Shown in pieces: positions 25,501 to 36,200 of a stretch of 64,000 nucleotides of DNA (position 1 is the first letter of the stretch; each line of letters starts with the position of its first letter). Position numbers and translations under genes: made by a program. Under the pieces are notes generated by a model. The model was not told where the DNA came from. It did not search any database and worked only from the letters and a program-made list of their open reading frames with translations. Source of the DNA: Phoronis australis (Eukaryota; Animalia; Phoronida); the NCBI GenBank assembly GCA_002633005.1, contig NMRA01000063.1, forward strand, positions 542,427-606,426. Direction: 5' to 3'.

Positions 25501-28500
25501 ACGTTTAACGAGTGAAATACCATTTATGTTCGAAGTTTGCTCCGAAAATGATAGATCAATAATAATATTTATGCTACACTCTTTCTACTTTCAGAAAATA
25601 TAAACTTTCATTATTGTTTTTTAACACAATAATGAAAGTTTATATTTTCTGAAGATTTTAAAAAATCTTGTAGATATTTGAGTCAATGCAGAGAATTGTT
25701 GATAAGGTCTATAGTCGCTGTTGACATTACTAGGTACTCAGACCAGAAAGCAATAAAGTCCATTCACGTGTCAACTGTTGACATTACTAGGTACTCAGAC
25801 CAGAAAGCAATAAAGTCCATTCAGGTGTCAACTGTGGATGCCTTCCAAGGTGGTGAGAAAGTGATCATCATTCTGTCATGTGTTAGGACTGATAATGTGG
25901 GATTTATTGACTCAGACAGGTGTGTATGATGGGAGTACACTGAATGAATGATATTACATATTGTAAGGTATTGACTTGCAATATGTATGTATGTAGTACT
26001 GTGCATGCATGTATGTATATGGGGGTGGAGGGGCTGCAGTGGGAGGGGTTGGCAGGGCGTGCTGCCAGCTTTAGTGGATATTTTGCTCTGGATTTTAAAT
26101 TTGCCCAGATAAATATATAATGTTAATTTGGTTTCTTATCTACTTAAAAAAATTGATTATGAGCATATAGCAGCACACCTCCCCCATTATGTGGGAGAGA
26201 AACTCGTGGTAAGGTATGTATATCACATTTGCAATTTCTTTATTGCTAGTATTGCAGATTTTTACTTGTAATAATGTTACGTGTTTAATCTGAATAAATT
26301 TTGTTCATAATGTTGTTATTTCATTTTAATGAAAATTGTTTTAAAATGAGGATGAGCTACAGTCCATGCCAAAAGTATTCAGACAAAATGACCCAGAATT
26401 CCCTGTCATGACGTCGTGGCTGATGGTGAACTTACTGTCTGAGTCATCTCCCTTGATGACTGAGAATGAAGCATAGTAAGGTGGCTTGGCCTTTCTGTAA
26501 TTAGAAGTTTTCTCCCTTGATTATTTTTACCAATAATTTTTCATGTTAACGTAATTAGCTGTCGTGATGGGGAAAAGGTATTTTGTCTGGTTACTTTTGT
26601 CTTGCGTTGTACGTGGTGGCTTTTGTCTTGCGTTGTACGTACTGGCTTTTGTCTTGCGTTGTACGTACTGGCTTTTGTCTTGCGTTGTACGTACTGGCTT
26701 TTGTCTTGCGTTGTACGTACTGGCTTTTGTCTTGCGTTGTACGTACTGGCTTTTGTCTTGCGTGCATTGTACGTACTGGCTTTTGTCTTGCGTGCATTGT
26801 ACGTACTGGCTTTTCCGTTGTTGCTTCTGTATTGACTCTGTGCTTTCATTTTTGCAGGCGGTCCAATGTGGCTTTAACCAGAGCCAGAAATCATTTGTTT
26901 ATTTTTGGTAAAAAACAAAATTTGTGTAGAAACAGACTTTGGAATGAGGTGATCAGACATTGCCAAAGTGAGTATTTATTCAAGCTGCCTTTAAATAGCA
27001 AGTCACTTTTAGTACAGCGTGCTCTTAATTTGACCAAACTGAAGTAATTGAATTAGTGGAGTTAGGGCCTGTGATTTTTGCCATTGACACAATCAATAGA
27101 CAACTCTATATGGTCCACAGTATAATGAAAGATGTAATTAGAAATGCAGTGGAGCCCACTTAATGTCATGACCTCGGTTTTGACGCAGATTATGATAATA
27201 AGCAGGATATTCCACTTGGAGGGTTTTGACTTGGCGGAGATCATCACCAGTCCTATAATCCTTCTAAGTGGAGAGTCGGAGTTAGACAGGTGAGCAGGAA
27301 ACAACTGAGTTTTACCCCTGGTGACGAAATCGCATAAAGCAAATGAGTTTAAGATGAATTAGCTTTAAGTTAGTTTTTTTGACAGAAAGTCAAAAGTGCC
27401 CAGCAGCTGAGAGGAATTTTGTATTGTCAATATTTGGGAATATGACAATAAATCATTACATTATGTGAGTTAGTTTACATGAGTGTTATGATCGGAAATG
27501 ATTCACTTTTTTACATTAAGTCAATAACCAGGATAATCTATTATGCCACTACCTGGGCTCCACTACTAACCTACTGTATTAATGAACCACTACCTGGGCT
27601 CCACTACTAACCTACTGTATTAATGAACCACTACCTGGGCTCCACTACTAACCTACTGTATTAATGAACCACTACCTGGGCTCCACTACTAACCTACTGT
27701 ATTAATGAACCACTACCTGGGCTCCACTACTAACCTACTGTATTAATGAACCACTACCTGGGCTCCACTACTAACCTACTGTATTAATGAACCACTACCT
27801 GGGCTCCACTACTAACCTACTGTATTAATGAACCACTACCTGGGCTCCACTACTAACCTACTGTATTAATGAACCACTACCTGGGCTCCACTACTAACCT
27901 ACTGTATTAATGAACCACTTCCTGGGCTCCACTACTAACCTACTGTATTAATGAACCACTACCTGGGCTCCACTACTAACCTACTGTATTAATGAAGCAA
28001 AACACTGGTGCTATTGCTTGTGTCTTTAAGTGTCAAGTTAGTGATAGTGTGAATATTCATTCTTGATTGTGAATATTCATTCTTGATTGTGAATATTCAT
28101 TCTTGATAGCTGGTGACGACTTTCATACCTATGAAGTGGTTGTCTGAACTGTAATCATTAGGCATTTACGTTATGTAATTATGTGAATTGTTATGTAATT
28201 ATGTAAATTCACTCTTTTTATGTTTCAAAATTCATTACAGTTCCTCAACTGTAGTTAAAATTCCTCAACTCCGGAAACCTTGGCAACACCTTTTTGCTAC
28301 TTGTTGCCATGTTTTCCTGTTATTTATTGTGCCCCATAAAAATTCTGGCTAAATCTTGACAAACTCTACACTTGTATGATTTTCATGAAAAAACTGAAGT
28401 TGCATCATGAAATTAACAGCTTTATTGAGATCTCATCTTGAAATTTACATTCAAATAAAATTTGACCGTGTTGCTATCAATGTGCCTAAATTGTACTAAA

Positions 28501-28822
28501 AAGACAGCAGATTCGTAAAGTCAATAATCAAAATTCTTCCGGCTTTCTATTTTCCGAAAATATGGAATTTGCCGAGATGAATAGTTTTGTTGATATTGAA
28601 CTAAATGAAATCTTACATTACTTTGGCTTTACATGTGATTTTAAAGGCGGGTAAAATTACTGAGTGGTCAATGTGGTGTGTATCAATGGAACATTACATG
28701 AAACTGCAGTTTAATTAGGAAATGTGCATTTTGTCTTTACAGGTGTTCCCAGTGGTGTTCAAAATGCTCAGGTGTTCTTGAAAGCTGCTAATTGCTTGTT
28801 GAATTCTGCTACATTCCAGTAG
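1380..28822 (+). CDS. ZGRF1: ZGRF1 DNA helicase, C-terminal UPF1-like SF1B domain (5'-truncated by the window); join(1380..1500,3419..3575,13119..13196,14676..14759,15852..15900,16143..16220,17149..17334,23610..23738,23979..24184,25791..25919,26858..26967,28743..28822)
   Basis: The spliced translation gives Walker A IHGVFGAGKS, ISSTTNVAVDRVLLGL, Walker B VLLDECSQ, GDPRQL, QYRCHP, STVDAFQG and NVALTRA. GVFGAGKS, IRVGSVRKIAK and VVGVTCAAC are recalled as ZGRF1-specific. All introns are GT-AG with matching phases. Confidence 0.93.
1688..2977 (-). mobile_element. Non-autonomous Kolobok-type DNA transposon, family A (short copy)
   Basis: TTAA|AGGAGAATGCCACCC...GGGTGGCATGCTCTT|TTAA; both arms match 19593-22454 in inverted orientation. 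Confidence 0.85.
3419..3575 (+). CDS. ZGRF1: ZGRF1 exon, Walker A and motif Ia (GVFGAGKS...TNVAVDRVLLG)
   Basis: ctgcag acceptor and gtatgt donor; within ORF 3328..3618. Confidence 0.95.
3901..5582 (+). mobile_element. Helentron-associated non-autonomous element (HINE/DINE-1-like) with internal tandem array
   Basis: 5' T-run, sub-TIR palindrome GCACCCACATATTTATATGTGGACGC, (GTCC)n tract, ~140-bp subunits in a ~435-bp higher-order repeat, 3' sub-TIR, hairpin CAACACTCCGCGTTG and TCTTGTT end. Older related units flank it (3720-3850, 5590-6240). Confidence 0.75.
6250..7230 (-). mobile_element. Decayed, internally deleted CR1/L2-group LINE (reverse transcriptase remnant)
   Basis: The - strand reads SVFLDLASAFDFIPHELSLIKLKSYGITGSLL (~7060-6965), INAG-VPQCSVLGP (~6880-6833) and a C-terminal CGSLNIVNHFFFKCP (~6682-6638), with frameshifts and stops. 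Confidence 0.8.
7236..7560. repeat. 72-bp minisatellite, ~4.5 copies
   Basis: Unit CCATATCATATTACGAGGTGCCAACTCTTCCAAAGCCCTGGCATTCACCATCACATGCGACGATGCAGAATG. Confidence 0.95.
7899..7978. repeat. Imperfect (CA)n microsatellite
   Basis: Read directly from the sequence. Confidence 0.9.
8430..9300 (+). mobile_element. Degenerate fragments of the same HINE-like family
   Basis: Recurring CTAGTGG-type subunit ends and a TTGCTCTTGTT terminus at ~8830-8840. Confidence 0.55.
9383..9716. repeat. 35-bp minisatellite, ~9-10 copies
   Basis: Unit TATGTGTTGCACAGTGGCTGCATATCAACACTCTA; it explains the ORFs at 9140-9933. Confidence 0.95.
9833..9941. mobile_element. Palindromic MITE, Merlin-like; second degenerate copy at ~32240-32345
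   Basis: GGCAATGGTCTCTTACAGG...CCACTGCAAGTGACCATTACC hairpin; 8-bp flanks AGCAATTA/AGGAATTT match 6 of 8. Confidence 0.55.
10069..13015 (-). mobile_element. hAT-superfamily deletion derivative with 5-bp TSD and transposase remnant
   Basis: TIR CAGTGGCGGATCTACG / CGTAGATCCGCCACTG; flanks TGTGG/TGTGG. The - strand at ~11420-11650 reads KRDAEIVEAYKLIDTAVDEVQALGTNIEDVWIEWFQ...RQQKDRTNVPGET, resembling PRKRIR/THAP12-type hAT transposases. Confidence 0.8.
13119..13196 (+). CDS. ZGRF1: ZGRF1 exon (LLDLGFDCFIRVGSVRKIAKAILPY)
   Basis: ctttgcag acceptor and gtcatt donor; phase 2-2 fits both neighbours. Confidence 0.92.
14097..14443. repeat. 30-bp minisatellite, ~11.5 copies
   Basis: Unit GATGCAGGCATTTCATGTACATTAGTTAAA. 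Confidence 0.97.
14676..14759 (+). CDS. ZGRF1: ZGRF1 exon (SVHASGSESHELKELQSMLKGDVTLAEK)
   Basis: caacag acceptor and gtgagt donor; resembles recalled vertebrate SLHAGSENESEQLKEL. Confidence 0.9.
15462..15660. repeat. Degenerate ~21-bp tandem repeat (ACACGGGTCACGGACTCA-like)
   Basis: Recurring ACACGG/ACGGACTCA motifs. Confidence 0.5.
15852..15900 (+). CDS. ZGRF1: ZGRF1 exon (YIRKAIEKQRLGENRQ)
   Basis: ctttag acceptor and gtgggt donor; phase-consistent. Confidence 0.88.
15981..16121. repeat. 50-bp tandem triplication just upstream of a ZGRF1 acceptor
   Basis: CACTGACACACAGA... at 15981, 16031 and 16081. Confidence 0.93.
16143..16220 (+). CDS. ZGRF1: ZGRF1 exon (KLGSVQVVGVTCAACSFPCLKGIKFS)
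   Basis: ttttcag acceptor and gtaagt donor. Confidence 0.92.
16914..17028. repeat. 31-bp tandem repeat, ~3.7 copies
   Basis: Unit CTTTAAGTGTTCCTTGCTTGCAGTCCTGCAG. Confidence 0.93.
17149..17334 (+). CDS. ZGRF1: ZGRF1 exon, Walker B and motif III (VLLDECSQ...GDPRQL...LFDRLQLM)
   Basis: aatag acceptor and gtaagt donor; 186 nt in frame. Confidence 0.95.
17611..19496 (+). mobile_element. Second HINE/DINE-1-like copy, interrupted by ~570 bp of unrelated sequence (~17645-18215)
   Basis: Same 5' motif GCGTCCACATATTTATATGTG, GTCC-type tract at ~18230, same subunits and same TTGCTCTTGTT end as 3901-5582. Confidence 0.72.
20683..20955 (+). pseudogene. KolX-like (P2X7 ballast-type Cys-rich) remnant
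   Basis: Reads GYKFEPEFT...RLNDLSWCQ*ANCTIMETTDACICCHEI...CI..DHPDFAPHLNRGVL with a stop and frameshifts. Confidence 0.7.
21288..21729. repeat. 32-bp perfect satellite, at least ~14 copies, ending at an assembly N
   Basis: Unit CTGTGTGCCTCGCAGTTAATTCATAGTTTATA. Confidence 0.97.
22095..22285 (-). pseudogene. THAP zinc-finger remnant (N-terminus of a Kolobok transposase)
   Basis: Reads MV*CIVPVCVN...HGIP*ELIMLRRWLVVMKNEKYAVNT...LRVC..LHF, the CxxxxC...P...W...VCxxHF pattern, with stops and frameshifts. Confidence 0.65.
22495..23389. mobile_element. Non-autonomous Kolobok-type element, family B
   Basis: TTAA|AGGCGAAGGCAACCTTTTTTCATGT...ACATGAAAACAGGTTGCCTTTGCCT|TTAA. Confidence 0.85.
23610..23738 (+). 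CDS. ZGRF1: ZGRF1 exon (GHKSVMLRTQYRCHPSISVLANQLFY...)
   Basis: ctttcag acceptor and gttagt donor; QYR motif. Confidence 0.93.
23979..24184 (+). CDS. ZGRF1: ZGRF1 exon (KLPSLCFLDV...IGVITLYKAQ...)
   Basis: tttcag acceptor and gtgagt donor; IGVITLY motif IV. Confidence 0.93.
25718..25831 (+). repeat. 57-bp tandem duplication spanning a ZGRF1 splice acceptor
   Basis: Copies at 25718-25774 and 25775-25831 differ by one base. Confidence 0.95.
25791..25919 (+). CDS. ZGRF1: ZGRF1 exon, motif V (QVSTVDAFQGGEK); alternative in-frame acceptor starts the exon at 25734
   Basis: Duplicated acceptor attactag with AG at 25732-33 and 25789-90; gtgtgt donor. Confidence 0.9.
26581..26814. repeat. 26-bp minisatellite (last two units 30 bp), ~8.5 copies
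   Basis: Unit TTTTGTCTTGCGTTGTACGTACTGGC. Confidence 0.95.
26858..26967 (+). CDS. ZGRF1: ZGRF1 exon, motif VI (RRSNVALTRARNHLFIFG...LWNEVIRHCQ)
   Basis: ttttgcag acceptor and gtgagt donor. Confidence 0.95.
27547..27996. repeat. 41-bp minisatellite, 11 near-perfect copies
   Basis: Unit CCACTACCTGGGCTCCACTACTAACCTACTGTATTAATGAA. Confidence 0.97.
28743..28822 (+). CDS. ZGRF1: ZGRF1 last coding exon (SVPSGVQNAQVFLKAANCLLNSATFQ*)
   Basis: ctttacag acceptor, phase 1 fits; GVQNA resembles recalled vertebrate GLQHA; TAG at 28820-22. Confidence 0.75.
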
Positions 28823-29004
28823 TTAATGATCAACCAGATGACAACCCATGTATGACTGTTTAGCTGATTCTGTCCCAAGCACACGAGTTAAATTGTTATT
28901 GAATTGTGTATCTAAGGTTGACATTACTTATTCACTGTTTAGTTCATTTATTAATCTTCCTTGTCAAAACTGCGCAAACCAAGGAGTGGCATTTTCTGTA
29001 ACAC

Positions 29005-29066
29005 TTTATTTGCAATTTTTGAGGAAAACAATATAGAATATTTCCACAATTAAAAGATTGTTTATT
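29005..29066. terminator. Cluster of candidate poly(A) signals for both genes
   Basis: ATTAAA on + at 29049-54; AATAAA on - at 29061-66 and 29005-10. Confidence 0.45.
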
Positions 29067-29180
29067 TATGAATCGGATGATACATAAATTAAGTACAAAA
29101 ATATGCGTGTGCTGTGAAAACACTGTCTAGCACCAACCATCTGCTTAGTAGCCAACTTTTAACAAAATAAGTTGTTAAGC

Positions 29181-29342
29181 CTTGAGAGACAAGTTAACTT
29201 GATGCATCCTCTTGGCTGATAGGTCACATTTGAACTTGAGAGACAAATTAACTTGATGCATCCTCTTGGCTCATAGGTCACATTTGAACTTGAGAGACAA
29301 ATTAACTTGATGCATCCTCTTGGCTGATAGGTCACATTTGAA
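29181..29342. repeat. 54-bp tandem triplication
   Basis: CTTGAGAGACAA... at 29181, 29235 and 29289. Confidence 0.93.
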
Positions 29343-29528
29343 TAAGTCATTCAACATAACAGGCATTTCTGGCTTCTTCATTAAGGTGAGAAGAAATGGT
29401 CTGTATTTGATGTTGGAACATTATAACTGAGTCTTGCAAACAAAACACAATTAACCGTTTTAGAATAGCACACCCTAATAATAGTATGGTATTTTACAAT
29501 GGACCAACTAAGTATAACTTAATAGGTA

Positions 29529-29783
29529 AAATATGCATTGATATTGCCAGTATAGGTACTGTAACTATTGTCATACAATAAATATGCATTGATATTGCCA
29601 ATATAGTTACTGTAACTATTGTCATACAATAAATATGCATTGATATTGCCAGTATAGTTACTGTAACTATTGTCATACAATAAATATGCATTGATATTGC
29701 CAATATAGTTACTGTAACTATTGTCATACAATAAATATGCATTGATATTGCCAATATAGTTACTGTAACTATTGTCATACAAT
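29529..29783. repeat. 51-bp minisatellite, 5 copies
   Basis: Unit AAATATGCATTGATATTGCCAATATAGTTACTGTAACTATTGTCATACAAT. Confidence 0.95.
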
Positions 29784-30189
29784 GTTACATTTTGATGCAC
29801 GTGACTGGACGTTTATACAGTCACAGTTGCAATGTGCTTCAGTTGCTCACCTATAATGTTCCTTTCAACAACTTTCAGGTAACTCTTGATTTAGTTAAAG
29901 TGAACTTCAGTTAAAATAAACATTTTTGAAATGTCCTGGGAGAGCACACCATGATGTGGTTAGACTCGAGTAGTTTAATAAAAATAATTTATAATTAAAA
30001 ATTGGCACCAATGAGTACATGGCATTTGGCCTGTCGACACAATTATAGAGAATGTCCACTCGAGTTCTGTAGTTCCTTATGGAGACTCTGTATCACAGTT
30101 TATCATAACGCAGCGGTGTGTGGCCATATAGATGGGTTCTGTCTCGGGAGACATCGTTGGTTTGTCCATAAAACTTCCTTCAGGTATTG

Positions 30190-30208
30190 CTATAAACATG
30201 CCTCTGCT
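30190..30208 (-). CDS. RASGEF1B: RasGEF1 probable last coding exon (KAEACL*)
   Basis: Strong cttttctttcag acceptor, phase fits, TAG follows; too short to confirm by homology. Confidence 0.6.
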
Positions 30209-33200
30209 CTGAAAGAAAAGTTAGTATTTGAAATGCAACGGGCATTTGGTTAAAATGTGGCCATTTCCACTGAACCAATGAGATATCTCATAAATATGCA
30301 TGGAGAATGCCATCAACTGATTAGTACTTTGAGTGACGGATGTGGTTGGGACCAGCACAGAGGTTCCGATTTACACTTATCCACTAAACAATAAGCTAAA
30401 AAATGTAAATTAATCTCCAACGCTAACTTTCACAGCGCCACTGAATTTAATAAAACAGCAACAATACATGAGTGGTGCAGCACTGAAATAGGTGGGGGCT
30501 ATAGACCCCCAGCCCCCTATGGTGTGCCACCCATGTAATAATGGCCAGACTTGAAACATTTATACAACATGAAAAGTTGAACAACATCTGTCCATGACTG
30601 GTCGATGCACAATGTTACCTCATGTGACGAGGCTAAGTCATGTGACGAGAATGTCATGCGATGAGGTTAAGTCAGAGCCAATACTTACTTGAGCTGTTTA
30701 TGCCTTTCTTTCTCAAAGTTATTTTCTGGTGGTTCACATTCAAAAGATGCCAGACTCAATGCTGAAACAAGATCACCGGAAAAGTCTCATTTTAATGAAA
30801 ACACGCAACACTGTAAGTACATCATTCCCAGGAAATGCACAAATTGTGGCGCAGTAATCATGAAGAGCCAGGCTCACCAGTTAGAACATCTCAGGCAACA
30901 CAGGCCCAGACTCACCAACTGGACCATCTAAAACCAAATTACCAAAAATAGCACTCCTGCAAAAACCTTGTGAAGACATCTTCATGTCCAGCGTCAAAAA
31001 GTTTCAAAACAACTGAGTATTTTGCACAACTTGTTTACATCCTGTAGCATCAGTCAGACTAAGCAGAAATGAGATACTTCCCTATGTTGAGTAATATTTA
31101 TTCCAAAACTCAACAGATCTTCAATGATTATCAAATAAGCTCAACTGAGAAATTTTAATGTGCGCATATGTAGCTCCAACAAATAAACATACTTACAGTT
31201 TTCTGTAAAGACGGGATTTGTAAGGACGTAGTTCAGCACTGGGGGTTGTCTTTGAAATGGACACTGCAATAAGATTGTTGATGATTGGTGAGACATTGCG
31301 CACGTACTGGACTTAATGGTCAGGATGATGATATGTCGGTTAATAAAAGAACACCATGTTTCTGTACAAGAAACTATCTTTCAGACTGTTTTATTCTATG
31401 ATTGCATTAATATATATACACAAGTAGCGTGCCCATATAAGGCAAGATACAGCAAAACTGCATTCCAAGACTAGAACATTCCACTAATTATCTCTTATAC
31501 AACTATTTCTTATGCAATTCTTATACAACAATCTCTTATGCAATTCTTATACAATTTCTTATGTAATTTATAATACATCATGGACATCATCCACCAACAA
31601 AGATGAGGCAAGAGAAGTAACACAGAACAACATTACAGAACATTCACAAATGTGTAATCTTTTGAAACTGGAATTAAAGACTTGTACAACAATAATACAT
31701 CATGACAGAAAATTGACCTGAATTGCACTGTAGATTTTTACTTACGGTTGGATTTGGCAAAGAAATGCTCAAAACTATATCAGTGGTTCACCTTCTTTTA
31801 ACAGCAAGAGATGACAGAGATCATATTTGCATGTATAATATAACAAGGCACAGTATGACTAAGACAGTTACTTACCTCAACTTGCCTCCAGTTGATGAAC
31901 TCTGTGATTTGTTTGGCAAGCTGCCAGAACTTTTCGAAGTTTATAAGGCCATTCTGTATCCTGAAATATAACACACATTGAATAAACAGCAAGGGATACA
32001 GAATACACGAATTAGTTAAAGTGAAGATCACATAGGATACCACTCCCGTTGTCACGCCTACAAAAAGAATTTTTAATTTCAAATCAAGTAGTGGTAACTT
32101 GTAATGACCATGTGTACTGTTGGTTTTCTGCAGTGACAATACGTGTCTTTGGTCAGTGAAACAGTCACATCTACAATAGAATGTCTTCTTTTTATAGTAA
32201 AAAATCGTACATTATTGGTCTGCAATGCAAAAATTCAGTTAGTCATTTGCAAGGACTCCCGATCTTGATAACCAGTTTCCCCCATTAAATTATGGGCATC
32301 TAACTGGTTCTCAAAATGCCGGACCCCCTGCAAGTGCCTAGTGCCAGTAATCCACTAAAGTTAATTACCATCAGATAAACAGTAATACACAACGAGCAAG
32401 TTGATTTAAAATATGTTATTTACTAAAATTATAATGTACAATAACTGGAGTTAAGCCGAGAAAGCGCTAGAAAGTAAGTCAATTACCAAGGACATTTCCA
32501 GAAACTGTCCGATTCAATAGGTGAACGGTTACATTTCAAAATCTTCTAAAGATATTCATATTTCTATTCATTGAGCTACCAACATATTCGTCAAAAAGCG
32601 AAAATCCTAGGTATGTTTCACATATTTTGTTCTTGCTCTGCAGTGTTACACATTGGTACACAATATTGCTGTATATGGAAATAAGTACATGTAACCATAG
32701 CTGGTCTTGCCACTATGTTGTAACATCCCATACCAAAAATTAAACAACGATAAATGATTGTATCTTTTGCACTAGGATATCCTGTAGTGGAGATACTTAC
32801 TTGTTGGAACAGCCTTCATTCAGGAAGTACATGTCTTTGACAAATAGACTGAAGAATGGAATGACTATCTGTAACAAGGAAAGTACATGTCTTTGACAAA
32901 TAGACTGAAGAATGGAATGACTATCTGTAACAGGGAAAGTACATGTCTTTGACAAATAGACTGAAGAATGGAATGACTATCTGTAACAGGGAAAGTACCT
33001 TCATTAAAACAGACACGACTGTTCACATTTGTTACTTTGTTATGCCAATTTTGCAACATTTGTCTTTTAAGGCATTGTGCTCTGCGTATATACTTAATTG
33101 CCTGTAGATGCTCCATGATGACTTTTTAACATATTGTCAGGTAGTGAAACATATCTTTTAAGGCATTGTGCTCTGCGTATATCCTTAATTGTCTGCAGAT

Positions 33201-36200
33201 GCTCCATGATGACTTTTTAACATATTGTCAGTAGTGAAACATATCTTATGTAGCCATGGTTGTTTGTGATGAATAAATAGAGTTCACAAACACTCCAACA
33301 ACTAAATTTGTTTCTAAGGCACTTTATACGAGCTAATAGCACAAGATCCATTGCTGCGCCAAACACCATCAACTCACTTTTTCTTGGTCGTTTACAGCGC
33401 CCTCTGACCGCCACAGTGCCGCCTTGAGTGAACTTCTGTAACTAGAGAAGTTGTTGGAAGGGTCCATCTGGTGCTCCAAGATTTCAAACTTAGCTGTGTT
33501 CACCTTGGCCCATGTCTTTTTTAACCGGGTCACAGGGGTCATATTCATACCTGCGATTATGGCCATCAATGAGTTAAAGTTCCCAATGTTCACACACTCC
33601 TTGGCAACATCTATGAAATATTCGATCATTCGTACTCTGTGCTTTTTCTTTAAATGCTGAAAAAAACCATTCTGATTAAAGACCAGAATACAGAATCAAC
33701 TCTAAGAGTGGCAGTTTTACTACTGATTGTTATCTCCATATAATTATAATTATTACGTAAATATTCTCTTCCCAAAGAATATGAATCAAAATTGTCATTT
33801 CTAAGTCTCATCACTTTGCTGCAAAGAGGGGGGGAGGGGTGCACTTTACCGAATGTTTTACAACATCAATGCAAAACTAATCAAGCTTGCAATTATAAAC
33901 CAGACTAATATTTTCTTGATCTTCGTGTAGAAAATTTGCCAAAATCAAATGTTAGTAGTCTACCATTTTTTGGTTTAAGCAAGTGAAGAATTAAGGTAGT
34001 ATGAGTATTATAGTCAGTAGTGAAGAATTAAGGTAGTATGAGTATTATAGTCAGTAGCGAAGAATTAAGGTAGTATGAGTATTATAGTCAGTAGCGAAGA
34101 ATTAAGGTAGTATGAGTATTATAGTCAGTAGCGAAGAATTAAGGTAGTATGAGTATTATAGTCAGTAGTGAAGAATTAAGGTAGTATGAGTATTATAGTC
34201 AGTAGCGAAGAATTAAGGTAGTATGAGTATTATAGTCAGAACTGGCCGTACGTTAGTCACTAACAACTTCCTTAATAATTGCTCTGAGCATTGTTGTGTT
34301 ATATTTTTAATGTATTTTAATTCTTTAATATCCTCTACAATGGCGTAAATATAAAATCAAATAATCAAAGATTAGATAAGGAAGCCACAGCACTGAAACT
34401 AGTTGGCAATCACACATTTCAGAATATTGCTCCTAAACAGACTCAAGTAATAAATTAAGTGTATTTTTAAACTGGTATGCCATGCATTAAACCTATTAAG
34501 GAAGAAATTTCTTTTCAACCGAAAGTTACGTTTACCTTTTCCAACATTGGAGACGACACTCACCATACAAATTTCAGTGGCAACAAAATAACTCAGTCGA
34601 TTGAACCACTGCACGTATGCTTCAAGGTTGTTGGTCTTTTTAACGTCCTTGAATGATTCTTCAACATCTAAACTTTTCTTGGAAAATGCCTGCACAAACT
34701 CCTCTGGACCAATGTTGCTTAGTCGCTCCTGCAAGAAATTTGTACAATACTATTTAGTTATTGTCTTAATTCTCAACCTGTTTTAATTCATGATTGTACC
34801 TTTGTTACGTATATTTCATTGTTGTTTTATTACTTCATTGTATTATATTACTGTTTTTCTTGTTGAGGGCCCTCTTGGAAAGCAGTGCTATCACTGAAGA
34901 GGCCACCCTCATTTTAAATATCACAATAATAAAAACTATAAGTATATAAGCACATTGAAGTCAATTTCTACTACAAAATAGTTGTCTTCACCATATTGCC
35001 TTAAAGGGGCATTTTCAGCAAGATTTGGTTGTTTAAAAGCTCTGATCAAAGCTTATAACTTCAAGACTAAGAGAAATACATCAGGAAGAGGACAACACCA
35101 ATCACCACAGCTGGACATTTTAAGCTCCAGTTTTCCTGTTTACGTAATGCTCAGTATGTTTCTCTCTTATGAGAATAGCCTCCTTTATACACAATCTCAT
35201 ACTAGGTAATGCTCAGTATGTTTCTCTCTTATGAGAATAGCCTCCTTTATACACAATCTCATACAGTGGTCGTCTGAGTTATGAACACTGGCATTAGAAT
35301 AAGGAATATTATGATCAGACTAATGAATGATTTAGGACAGCACTATGGTTATCCTTAGAATGTTCTTTCACTCTGTTACAATGTAAAATTGTTCACAGTC
35401 ATTACCATTAATCTGATATACTGCATGACTTTTTTGAAAAGTAGTCAATGGTGATTTAAGCTTGGATAGTGAATCAAGTCTATTATTAAGCTTGAGTATG
35501 GTTGACAATTTAACTCCAGGTGCAATAACATTAAGCATTCTGCCCATCTATTTAAAATAGTACTGTAGTTACCCAAGTATGATAGATTCAATAACAGATT
35601 TTGTTGATCAGGGTTGACTATATTCCTATTACATAAGAGTCTACCAACACAGGACCTATAGTTTATGATAGCCATTTCTAACCAGAACATTTTCAAGGAA
35701 CTGTAACTCTTGATCAAACAGATATGAATTATTACATATTTTGAAAGTACCATTTATAAGCGTGTTCACCAATGCTTATGTTTTTAGGAACAAAACTATC
35801 CCACCTGAAGCATAAGCTTGTATAAGTTGGTTCTGAACAAAACTATGCCACCTGAAGTATAAGCCTGTATAAGTTGGTTCTCTATATACTGATGTAGACA
35901 ATGAGCTAGATTCATGACAACGAACTAATACAACTGGGAAACTTCAGCTGTGGTGATTGGTGTTATCCTGTTCCCACCATACTTCTCTCACCATTTGGAC
36001 GTGATCCTGACCAGTGTGACTTTGTGTTTATAATGTATTTTGATTTGTTTGATTTGATATTGTCATACCACTTCTCCCTGAAGATGATTTGTTTGTAATA
36101 AACCGAAAGGTTGGATTTGGATTTGTCAATCTTCATGTGTGCGCTCGTGATTAGACTCTTGCTACTATTTTGGCCAAAAAGCAACATTGACACATGCTCT

